Assembly (NCBI GenBank): GCA_964360585.1
Contig: CAYHXC010000008.1
Span: 8-64,007 of the forward strand
DNA length: 64,000 nucleotides
Direction: 5' to 3'
Origin: an uncultured Candidatus Saccharibacteria bacterium
GTDB lineage: Bacteria > Patescibacteriota > Minisyncoccia > UBA6257 > 2-01-FULL-56-20
Shown one piece after another: positions 17,457-25,848 of this stretch (position 1 is the stretch's first letter; every line of letters begins with the position of its first letter). The notes below the pieces were generated by a model, which saw only the letters and a program-made list of their open reading frames with translations, ran no database searches and was not told the DNA's origin. A program made the translations under genes and the position numbers.

Positions 17457-17593
17457 CTTCCCGCCTCTGGCTCGCCAGTCGCCCGCCCGCCATCGCTATG
17501 CTCCGGCATTGCAGGCAGGCGGTTTTTTATTTACAAGGAGAAATAGGTTTGAGCTAACGTTTATATATCCGCCTCTTATGGTAGAATATCGTC

Positions 17594-17893
17594 ATGATTA
17601 AAAATCCATTGCTCAGCGCCCTTGCGGCCTCCGTTTATATTATTCTGGTTGTCACAATGGTTAGTTTTCTCTTCGGAGAAAAAGATCCGGATTCTCCGTT
17701 CACCCCTGTAGCCATGCTTTCTCTTTTTACACTCTCAGCGGCGGTCATGGGTTATCTTTTTATTCTTCAGCCTGCCGAACTCTACTTGAGCGGCAAGAAA
17801 AAAGAAGGGGTAACGCTCTTCCTCCAGACTGTCGCTAGCTTTGCTGTCATCACTATTGTTTTCTTCGTCGCCCTTTCTTTAGGAATTCTCTAA
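17594..17893 (+). CDS. Three-TM hypothetical membrane protein
   Basis: Hydrophobic ORF; TAGAAT 6 nt before ATG. Confidence 0.8.
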   Translation: MIKNPLLSALAASVYIILVVTMVSFLFGEKDPDSPFTPVAMLSLFTLSAAVMGYLFILQPAELYLSGKKKEGVTLFLQTVASFAVITIVFFVALSLGIL

Positions 17894-17917
17894 GTTGAAA
17901 TATCGAGTCAATACAAT

Positions 17918-18439
17918 ATGAAACCAATTCACATTCTTGTCTTTATTGGAGTCATCGCAGTAGTTGTAAGTGGCGTGTTCATTGTTACTTTGAACAAAGC
18001 GCCGAACAACGAACAAGTATTCTGCACCGCCGATGCCTTGCTGTGTCCTGACGGTTCGTATGTCGGTCGCACCGGACGAGAGTGTCAGTTTAGCGCCTGT
18101 CCGAACGCGGAGACCGCCGCCGATACAACCGTGGGCGAGATTGGTGTCAAAGAAACAAAAATGATTAATGGCGTCCGTATCGCGGTAAACAGTGTTACCG
18201 AAGACAGCCGTTGTCCAAGCGATGCAACCTGTATCTGGGCCGGCCGACTGACCGCCAACGTCAGTTTAAAGAGTAATATCAATTCTGAAACACGGACGAT
18301 TTTCTCCGATACGCCGGTAGAATTTGACACGCATACAATTTCTCTTGTGAGCGCTACTCCTCCTCCCAAATCCACTGAGAAAAAAGATTTTTCTCAGTAC
18401 CGCCTTACTTTCAAAGTGGTGCCGACGAGCGGAAACTAA
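17918..18439 (+). CDS. Membrane-anchored protein with Cys motifs
   Basis: N-terminal TM; CTADALLCPDGSYVGRTG and DSRCPSDATCIWAG. Confidence 0.8.
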   Translation: MKPIHILVFIGVIAVVVSGVFIVTLNKAPNNEQVFCTADALLCPDGSYVGRTGRECQFSACPNAETAADTTVGEIGVKETKMINGVRIAVNSVTEDSRCPSDATCIWAGRLTANVSLKSNINSETRTIFSDTPVEFDTHTISLVSATPPPKSTEKKDFSQYRLTFKVVPTSGN

Positions 18440-18498
18440 ATTGACAGCACTGTAGTAGCAGTAGTTTAATACTTGGAGCACAGAAGGGAGGATTTCGT

Positions 18499-19152
18499 AT
18501 GCGGCAAGTCACCGATGATTTCTTGGAGAAGATCAGACCGTATGTAAATCTGCATGAGAAACGAGTGCTCGAGATCGGCTGTGGCAACGGATCGCGATCG
18601 GTCGAGATCGCCGCCCTGTGTCAGTCTCTCATAGCCATCGAGCCAAATGTTGAACTTTTCACTACGGCTTGTAGCGAAAATCTACGACCGAACATCACCT
18701 ACGGACTCGACTCGATTTTGCGTTTCCCGTACGATCCAAGATCGTTTGATGTGACCATATTCACACTCTCGCTCCATCATATTCCGGAGGAGCTGATGGC
18801 GAGGGCCATTGACCGAGCAGTGGAAGCCACACATCCTGAAGGAGCAATCATCTTCCTCGAACCGTGGTTCTTGGGACCATTTTTCTCGGCAGAACAACAG
18901 TTCGATGCGTGCGATGGCGACGAGCGAGCAAACAAAGCCGCCGCTTACCGCGCCATTCTCAACCACCCTCGCCTTGAGGAACAGGTTGAGATCACCGGCC
19001 AGACCACCTTCCAGTTCGATTCTCCTCAGGATTTCATGGACTCAATGCGTCCTCAGCGCAACACCGAAAGAGTCATTGCTTTCCTCCGAAAACACAAATA
19101 CCAACTGAAGGCGCCGCGACGGATTACCGTTTGTACACCAGCCGCTCGTTAA
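18499..19152 (+). CDS. Class I SAM-dependent methyltransferase
   Basis: VLEIGCGNG, FDV, SLHHI; own promoter, SD and terminator. Confidence 0.88.
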   Translation: MRQVTDDFLEKIRPYVNLHEKRVLEIGCGNGSRSVEIAALCQSLIAIEPNVELFTTACSENLRPNITYGLDSILRFPYDPRSFDVTIFTLSLHHIPEELMARAIDRAVEATHPEGAIIFLEPWFLGPFFSAEQQFDACDGDERANKAAAYRAILNHPRLEEQVEITGQTTFQFDSPQDFMDSMRPQRNTERVIAFLRKHKYQLKAPRRITVCTPAAR

Positions 19153-19174
19153 CACCAGCGGCTTTTTTATTTAA

Positions 19175-19342
19175 CTAGAACCCATCTCAAAAATAGAATC
19201 ACGCAGTCTTCCGGCTAGATTCGGCTATAAACCCACCCGACCCTCCTTGAAATACCATAGGGTATTCCTGTCTCGGGTCGGATGGTTCTCGCTCGAATCT
19301 ATCACGGAATACCCCTGTGCCTATTTTTGAGATGGGTTCTAG
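19175..19342. mobile_element. 168-bp MITE, copy 1
   Basis: TIR CTAGAACCCATCTCAAAAATAG at both ends; near-identical inverted copy at 35727-35894. Confidence 0.9.
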
Positions 19343-19385
19343 GCTCCCACCGGCGGAGGACAAAACCCTTGGAACCGAATGGTAG

Positions 19386-19404
19386 ATTTTTGAGATGGGT
19401 TCTA
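19386..19404. repeat. Extra solo MITE terminal repeat
   Basis: ATTTTTGAGATGGGTTCTA; overlaps the TAG stop of 19402-20121. Confidence 0.8.
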
Positions 19405-20121
19405 ATATCCAGTAAAATCCTCGCTTCGTACCATATCCGGATCGATACCGAGATCACGCGTAACCCGTCGCATCGCCCCAACCATGGCCGCCGGTCCAAC
19501 CAGATAGTACACTGCATTGGGTTCAGAAATATATTTTTTAACCATCTCCGCATTTACATAACCCGTTTTTCCTGTCCAAGTTTGTTGCGACTTATCCATC
19601 TCGGTCATCGTGCCGATAAACGTGTAGTTCGAATTTTTACTTTGTAATTCTTGAAGTTCGGATAAAAACGGTGCGTCCTCGGGACGGCGGTTTGAATAAA
19701 ATAAAAATAACTTGTGCGGCTTATGCTCTTGAGCTGCCACAATCAGCATCGAACGAACAGGCGTAATCCCAATCCCGCCGATTAAAAAAACGGCTGGACG
19801 TGTCACATTCTCATGGAGAACAAAATCGCCATACGGACCTTCGAATATAACTGCACTGCCGAGCGGCAGATTTTTTAAAACCCGCTTGAAGGCAGTGTCT
19901 CGCATACGTGTCGCAATCATAATACGCGGCTCGTGCGGCGCGCTGGCAATGGAAAACTGGCGGGAGTTTCCTTCGCCGTCGGTTTCAGGTGGATTAATTA
20001 AAGTTATTTCGCAAAACTGTCCGGCCACAAAAGAAAAACCGGCCGGCTTCTCAAAATAAAAAGCCATTGTCCCCTCGGCTATTTCTTTCCGGTTGATCAA
20101 TTTTACCGTATATCTAGCCAT
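19402..20121 (-). CDS. FAD/NAD(P)-binding oxidoreductase (ferredoxin reductase-like)
   Basis: RQFSIAS, EGPYG, GGIGITP, YLVGP, EDFTGY. Confidence 0.92.
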   Translation of the reverse strand: MARYTVKLINRKEIAEGTMAFYFEKPAGFSFVAGQFCEITLINPPETDGEGNSRQFSIASAPHEPRIMIATRMRDTAFKRVLKNLPLGSAVIFEGPYGDFVLHENVTRPAVFLIGGIGITPVRSMLIVAAQEHKPHKLFLFYSNRRPEDAPFLSELQELQSKNSNYTFIGTMTEMDKSQQTWTGKTGYVNAEMVKKYISEPNAVYYLVGPAAMVGAMRRVTRDLGIDPDMVRSEDFTGY

Positions 20122-20217
20122 GCTGTTCCAGTGTCATTCGGTCATTATGGCATAGGCCTTACACAATTCAATCCGAACGGATATGCTATACTTTCAATAG
20201 ATTGAAGGAGGTGGCTT

Positions 20218-20340
20218 ATGTTGAAGTTGACATGGCTCCCCAACTGGCAAGCTTACGCTGTTCGCTGGAACGGAAAAAATCTGGGGATGGTGCGTTGCCA
20301 GGTCCCACTTCCGTTCCGTTCGCCAGTAACCTTCGCTTAG
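20218..20340 (+). CDS. 40-aa small protein, absent from the ORF track
   Basis: TGCTATACT, SD AAGGAGGT, MLKLTWLPNWQAYAVRWNGKNLGMVRCQVPLPFRSPVTFA*, terminator 20362-20392. Confidence 0.7.
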   Translation: MLKLTWLPNWQAYAVRWNGKNLGMVRCQVPLPFRSPVTFA

Positions 20341-20424
20341 TGAGGTCGTTTCTCATATCTCAACCGCTCTGCCTCTCGAGAGCGGTTTTTTTATTCATGA
20401 AAAAGGCTGTACCTATGCTAAAAT

Positions 20425-21324
20425 ATGCCTATGCATATAGCACTTATAGGCGCCGGAGCGTTGGGACAAGCCGTTAAAAGCCTCCTCGCAGAAAAACCTG
20501 TATCAATAAGTATCTGGGACATCGACCCTCAAAAAACTGACCCGTCCCAAACTCTCGAAATCATAATTCCTCAAGCCAATTTTGTTTTCTTCGCCCTGCC
20601 CTCGTGGGGCATGCGACAAGCTATTCAAAGCGTGCAACCCTTGCTTCGACCCACCACCCGCCTCGTCTCGTTCGCGAAAGGCATTGAAGAAGAATCCGGA
20701 AAAACCACCTATGATCTTTTTATGGAAATTGTTCCATCGCACCCTTTGGTTGTGGTTGGCGGCCCGATGTTAGCCGAAGAGATTCATGAGGGCAAGAAGG
20801 CTATCGCAGTTATTGCTTCTCGTGATAGCGAAACAATGAACACCCTCCGCGAATTAATGAGTTCGCCACGTCTCCGCGTCGAAACCTCAAACCAACCTGA
20901 CGCGCTCGCGGTCGCCGGCGTACTCAAAAACATCTACACAGTCGCGCTCGGTTTGGCGGACGGGCTCGAACTTTCCGGAAACGAAAAAGGGTGGTTGGTC
21001 GCACAATGTGTAGAAGAAATGCTTGCTATCGCCCGCACCATGCATACCGATGAAACAATTATTCTGGGAACTGGCGGTCTGGGAGATTTTATTGCGACTG
21101 GCTTTAGCCCCTCCTCCCGCAACCGCACCGTGGGCTACGAAATCGCGACGAAAGGGATTTGCAATCTTCGCGCCGAAGGCTTGTCGTCACTTCCTGGACT
21201 GATGAAACGACTCGGAGAAGAAACGAAGCATCTTCCCCTGCTTCACCTCATCAACGCGGTAGGCATCGTTTGCAAACCGGCTCAAACAGAATTTACAAAA
21301 TACTTTGATGCCCAAGAAAAATAA
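20425..21324 (+). CDS. gpsA: NAD(P)H-dependent glycerol-3-phosphate dehydrogenase
   Basis: IGAGALG, AKGIE, GGPMLA, LKNIY, GLGDFIATG, SRNRTVG, AEG. Confidence 0.9.
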   Translation: MPMHIALIGAGALGQAVKSLLAEKPVSISIWDIDPQKTDPSQTLEIIIPQANFVFFALPSWGMRQAIQSVQPLLRPTTRLVSFAKGIEEESGKTTYDLFMEIVPSHPLVVVGGPMLAEEIHEGKKAIAVIASRDSETMNTLRELMSSPRLRVETSNQPDALAVAGVLKNIYTVALGLADGLELSGNEKGWLVAQCVEEMLAIARTMHTDETIILGTGGLGDFIATGFSPSSRNRTVGYEIATKGICNLRAEGLSSLPGLMKRLGEETKHLPLLHLINAVGIVCKPAQTEFTKYFDAQEK

Positions 21325-22513
21325 TATTCTTGTTCTTGATGTCGGCACAACCGGTGTTAAGGGATTGGTCTTTAATGCTGTTTTCGAACCGATAGCACAG
21401 TCATATCACACACTCAAAAAAACTAAGAAGCAACGGGGGTGGGTGGAACAAGATCCGGAAGAGATACTTCGCGTTTCACAAATCGCGCTTCGAAACACGC
21501 TCGAAAAAAGTCGCGTACCTCAACAATCTATCATTGGCTTAGGGCTCGCCAATCAAAGAGAAACAACCATTCTCTGGGATAAGAAAACCGGACGAGCCAT
21601 CTATCCGGCGATCGTTTGGGAAGATGAGCGGACAAAAACGCACTGCGCCAGGCTCAAACAGCACGAAACACTCATTCGGATGAAAACCGGACTGAAACTC
21701 GACCCCTATTTTTCTGCGACAAAGATTCAGTGGATTTTGGAGCATGTTCCAACAGCCAAACCACTCCTTCAAAAAAACCGGCTCCTCTTCGGCACTGTGG
21801 ACACTTGGATTCTATGGCATTTCTTGGATGGTCATCCCCATAGTACGGATTACACAAATGCCTCGCGAACACTTATTTTCAACATCAAAACACTCCGTTG
21901 GGATGCCGATCTCTTAAAACTATTCGGAATTCCAAAAACTATCCTGCCGCGCGTCAAACCATCCTCTAGCCGCTTTGGCCGCATGAAGAAAAGTCTTTTA
22001 GGGTTTCCCCTTCCCGTTCTCGCTGTTTGCGGCGACCAGGAAGCCAGCCTCTTCGCCGCCGGCGAAAAAAAGGGGGTAACCAAGATAACCTACGGCACCG
22101 GCGCTTTTGTGAGCCAAATTATCGGATCGCGCTTCATGAGCCGCGAACCATTTTTTACCACGCTCGCTGCCCATCTTGGTAAAAAACCTTTGTACATTCT
22201 CGAAGCTAAAGTAAATGACTGCGGCAAGACTGTTCAAGAAGCTCTGCGCCATCCCCGCACACTTGAGAAAACGGTACGAAAGATTGCTCGAGAAATTGCT
22301 CGCTACACGAAAAAACTGCCTCTCACGCCACAGTACATTATGCTGGACGGGGGCGTGACTCGATACGAAGGTCTCAAAAACATTCAAGCCTCGGCTTCCG
22401 GTACGCCAACCGAGCTCCAAAGAACGTATAACGGCACAGCGCTCGGCGTAGCCAAACTCGTCGCCAAACAAAAACCAGAACCCATCTCAAAAGTGCCGCG
22501 AGCCGCGATATGA
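21305..22513 (+). CDS. glpK: Glycerol kinase (FGGY family) with shortened C-terminal domain
   Basis: LDVGTT, GWVEQDP, NQRETTILWD, PYFSATK, TDYTNASRT, GDQEA, TYGTG. Confidence 0.85.
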   Translation: MMPKKNNILVLDVGTTGVKGLVFNAVFEPIAQSYHTLKKTKKQRGWVEQDPEEILRVSQIALRNTLEKSRVPQQSIIGLGLANQRETTILWDKKTGRAIYPAIVWEDERTKTHCARLKQHETLIRMKTGLKLDPYFSATKIQWILEHVPTAKPLLQKNRLLFGTVDTWILWHFLDGHPHSTDYTNASRTLIFNIKTLRWDADLLKLFGIPKTILPRVKPSSSRFGRMKKSLLGFPLPVLAVCGDQEASLFAAGEKKGVTKITYGTGAFVSQIIGSRFMSREPFFTTLAAHLGKKPLYILEAKVNDCGKTVQEALRHPRTLEKTVRKIAREIARYTKKLPLTPQYIMLDGGVTRYEGLKNIQASASGTPTELQRTYNGTALGVAKLVAKQKPEPISKVPRAAI

Positions 22514-22753
22514 GCCAACTTTCACAAGATTAAGGAGTAAGGACGAAGGCGTACCCTTTGGTACGTCGAGTCCGCAGCGACAAATAAGATTGTGAAAATT
22601 GGCTCATATCCCTTCGGGTTTCCGCTGTTTTTCCATTCCGCGTTGTTCCGACCTCCTTGAAGTACCTATGGGTACATCTTCGGAGTCCGTGCCTAGCGGA
22701 ATGGAAAAACAGCTGGAAACGCGTCGCCGTGGTACTTTTGAGATGGGTTCTAG
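22475..22753. mobile_element. 279-bp MITE with the same TIR family and a different interior
   Basis: CCAGAACCCATCTCAAAAGTGCCGCG ... CGTGGTACTTTTGAGATGGGTTCTAG. Confidence 0.85.
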
Positions 22754-23325
22754 GGTCGTAGTCGTCGTAAAAGAAGAACACCTACGAGAAGCAAGTTCAT
22801 AAAAACAAGCGACACGGGATAAAGAAAGGTCAGCGGCGTGTAGATTTCAAGCGCGAAGATCGCCAAGGTGAATTTTACGGCATTGAGAAAATACGTAATG
22901 GCCGCCTCCTGGTTTGGACGCCGAAAAGCCTTCTTCAATGTCGGCGCGAATCCGATCGCTCCAATAAGAATAGAGAGGAGCACGGCCCACAAAGGATCGC
23001 TCGTCGCGTACCAGATGCCGATCGCGAAAACTGCGCCAATCAAACTCACGCTATCTATCGGCTGTATTTTTCCATCATGACGAAGATAAACGGAAAATGA
23101 GATGAGGAAGCAAACGACTGCCGTTAGGGCAGTCGCCCATGCCCCAGGTCCGGCTGCTCCTGCCATCTGCGCGAAAAACGTAATCGTCGCTAACATGCCC
23201 CAGATTAACCAGGAAAATGGGTCGGGTTTGATCTTTCCCCGAAAAATATTCTGAAAATAAATGGAGTAACTCACAATGCCAATCGCGATGGTGAGTAACC
23301 CTAAAATTACTTTGTCATTAAGCAT
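22750..23325 (-). CDS. Multi-pass membrane protein (PQ-loop-like repeat)
   Basis: Six or seven hydrophobic helices; KPDPFSWLIWG and PTLKKAFRRPNQE. Confidence 0.8.
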   Translation of the reverse strand: MLNDKVILGLLTIAIGIVSYSIYFQNIFRGKIKPDPFSWLIWGMLATITFFAQMAGAAGPGAWATALTAVVCFLISFSVYLRHDGKIQPIDSVSLIGAVFAIGIWYATSDPLWAVLLSILIGAIGFAPTLKKAFRRPNQEAAITYFLNAVKFTLAIFALEIYTPLTFLYPVSLVFMNLLLVGVLLLRRLRP

Positions 23326-23545
23326 ATACTATTTCCGAATACACACTTCATTATATCACCAGGCGCGCTCATGTGCGGCATTGAACCGCACAGTATAAAG
23401 AACAGCTTATCCAGAGAGAAATCTTGACAAAGTTTGAATAAAATGTACTATCCAAAGTAGCGCGCTGGCTAAAAACCAGTGTTTACAGAGAAGGTAAATA
23501 ACCGAATAACAACGTTCTCAACGACTACTTTTGGAGGGTACGGAA

Positions 23546-25144
23546 ATGTCGAAGCGAATCATGACGGCGATTGTGGCGGCCACACTGCTACTCAGCTTGG
23601 TTGCCGAATCTTCGGCAGCCGTAACCCAAACTATCGTGATTCGAAAGGGTCAGAAGGTTTGGACAACTTGCGCCTCGGTAATGGGAAGCGATCCCAAGTC
23701 GGCGACGACTGGGAACTGCGTGAACAGTGTCACGGACTTGAATCTCAAACTCAATGAGAACTTCAATGTGAACTGGATTCTGGCCGGTACGCCGGTTGTC
23801 TTCCCGATGGGAACGACTCCGGTAGCTGAAACCATTCCCAACTCGCACCATGAAATGGCCGAGCGAGCTCCAATGGCAGGAATGCCGCCGGTGAACGTGG
23901 CTCGTGGAGCGGCTGATCAGAACCAACCCGCGCCAAGCCCTGTCGTGCAACTCGGACTTCATCAAGTGGATGCCCTGAAGGCCGCAGAAACGACCATCAC
24001 TCAGCTCCGCAAACAGCTCGCCGAGAAGGCTCCGATGGAAGGTAGCGACGCAGTCGTTGCCGATCTCCAGAAAAATCTCGAGGCAGCCGTTACGCGGGAA
24101 GAAGTTGCAGAAATACAACTCGAAGCCCGTACGGCAGAACGAGATCGTCTCGCCAAGGCAAATGAAGGCATGGCACGACAACTCGCGACAGTTCAGAAAG
24201 CCAAGCCGGATGTAGCAAACAACAGCTTGAAAGAAGCTCTGGAGAGAGAGCAGAAAGAACGGGCGATTGCTGAAGGCACGCTCGCTGCTCAAGTCACGAG
24301 TCTCCTCGAGGAGAAAGACATCCTCACAAGGAAACTTGAAGTGGCGGAGAAATCCGTCGCTGACAGTAACAAACTCTCCGGAGAACTCGCGACGGCGAAG
24401 AGCGTGGTCGAAGCGAAAGAGGCTGAGATCATGGAACTCCACCAACCATGGCTCACAATCGACTTCAGCAAAGCGAATTGGATCGCGGTTGCTGGAAACA
24501 TCATCCTCCTCTTGGCTCTTTTCATTCGGAGAAAACGCTCGTACTATAAGGCCGGGAACGAAACCACTAATCTACTCCGAATGAAGTTCGAAGCCCTGCA
24601 AGTTGAGCTGCGCGAGGAACGAGAACGCTCGTGGAATAACGCCGCCCTATCCCGAGAAGTTGACGAGCAGTGGGAAACGACGTTGGAGAAGGTTCCTGAT
24701 GAAGGACGCCTGCCATTCCGCATCTCCCCTCTTCTTTTCGATGGAAAGCACGCAGGAAAATTTGTCTACTTCAAGTCGACGATCCCTATGCGCTGCGGCA
24801 GGCTGGTTCAGTCTAAACGCAAGTTTTTCGAGCACGTAAAGGAATGCTCAACCTGCCTCGCGCAAATCGACCAAGAACTTACTTTGAGTAACGGGCATCC
24901 CGATGCACCGGCGGCCTCCCTTGGGGGAGTGTCAAAGGCTATGCATCAAAGTGGCAACGGAGCGGACTCGGCATCTCACGTCGAAGTTCCAAACCTTGTA
25001 GCCACGGATTCACTTGCTCAAAACGGCAACGCACACGCCCAGAATGGCAACGGCGACAATAGACGCCGCGTCAGTCTTGGAGCGATCGACGACACAGGTG
25101 GCGACCCCGTCTTGCGTAAATCGCAAGGCGAAAAGGTTGCCTGA
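23546..25144 (+). CDS. Single-pass membrane protein: signal peptide, LysM-like segment, coiled coil, TM, cytoplasmic tail
   Basis: SD GGAGGG before MSKR; heptad-rich middle; TM WIAVAGNIILLLALFI then RRKR; own promoter and terminator. Confidence 0.8.
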   Translation: MSKRIMTAIVAATLLLSLVAESSAAVTQTIVIRKGQKVWTTCASVMGSDPKSATTGNCVNSVTDLNLKLNENFNVNWILAGTPVVFPMGTTPVAETIPNSHHEMAERAPMAGMPPVNVARGAADQNQPAPSPVVQLGLHQVDALKAAETTITQLRKQLAEKAPMEGSDAVVADLQKNLEAAVTREEVAEIQLEARTAERDRLAKANEGMARQLATVQKAKPDVANNSLKEALEREQKERAIAEGTLAAQVTSLLEEKDILTRKLEVAEKSVADSNKLSGELATAKSVVEAKEAEIMELHQPWLTIDFSKANWIAVAGNIILLLALFIRRKRSYYKAGNETTNLLRMKFEALQVELREERERSWNNAALSREVDEQWETTLEKVPDEGRLPFRISPLLFDGKHAGKFVYFKSTIPMRCGRLVQSKRKFFEHVKECSTCLAQIDQELTLSNGHPDAPAASLGGVSKAMHQSGNGADSASHVEVPNLVATDSLAQNGNAHAQNGNGDNRRRVSLGAIDDTGGDPVLRKSQGEKVA

Positions 25145-25229
25145 TTATGAAGTTCGGTTAGATACCCACCCATAAGGCCAGTCCATCACACGGACGGGCC
25201 TTTTTTATTCTTCGCAATAATATGTGTTG

Positions 25230-25277
25230 TGAGATTGCCGCGTCGTTCGCCAACTGGCGAACTCCTCGCAATGACAA
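25230..25277. repeat. REP-like GAGATTGCC...CGCAATGACA element
   Basis: Related copies at 25672-25756, 39777-39840 and 61462-61511. Confidence 0.7.
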
Positions 25278-25325
25278 ATAAGCACATCGAAGGAAGATTG
25301 ATCCTAATCTGCTATAATGTACTGT

Positions 25326-25655
25326 ATGACTACTTTTATCGGAACGATCTCCTGGTTCTTGGGCAAACTCAGTCGACTCATTGTGTATGCCTACTGTTTT
25401 CTTGTCGTGGCTTCTTATCTTGCGGTTCACAGTAAAATTGCCGCCTCGACCGGCGCTCCGGAACGGTTTGCGTTCAGCATCTTCCTCGCCATTTTTGAAG
25501 CGATCGTCCTTATTCTCATTCCCATCGCTTTTTTTTCGTTTCAACCGGTCGTTGCAACCTACAGCCACTGGGCAATTTTTGGCGTACTCGCCGCGATTTT
25601 CGCCTTCCTCTATCCTGATGTATTAGAACTGGCAATCTCGTATATCCACTTTTAG
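25326..25655 (+). CDS. Hypothetical membrane protein
   Basis: Hydrophobic ORF; TATAAT just upstream of the second ATG. Confidence 0.6.
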   Translation: MTTFIGTISWFLGKLSRLIVYAYCFLVVASYLAVHSKIAASTGAPERFAFSIFLAIFEAIVLILIPIAFFSFQPVVATYSHWAIFGVLAAIFAFLYPDVLELAISYIHF

Positions 25656-25760
25656 AAATCGCCAATCTGGAAGAGATTGCCGCGCCCGCTTCGCAGAGCT
25701 TTAGCGAGGCGAGTCGCTTGCGCTCCTCCCGCCTGAGGCGGGCAGGCGCAATGACATACG

Positions 25761-25825
25761 GGTATGCCCCGTATCCACGGGTTTATGCCCGTGGTTTTGG
25801 CATGGGAATTTGGCATATAAAAACC
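25761..25825 (+). repeat. ~65-bp dispersed repeat with TCCACGG...CCGTGG hairpin
   Basis: Related copies at 35912-35965 (+) and 39706-39773 (-). Confidence 0.8.
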
Positions 25826-25848
25826 AGCCAAAAAATGGCGGTTTTCGT

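Noticed and set aside
19282-19647. ORFs with repeated FLRWVL / EPRTHLK peptides (also 22530-22781)
   Set aside because: Translations of MITE terminal repeats, not genes
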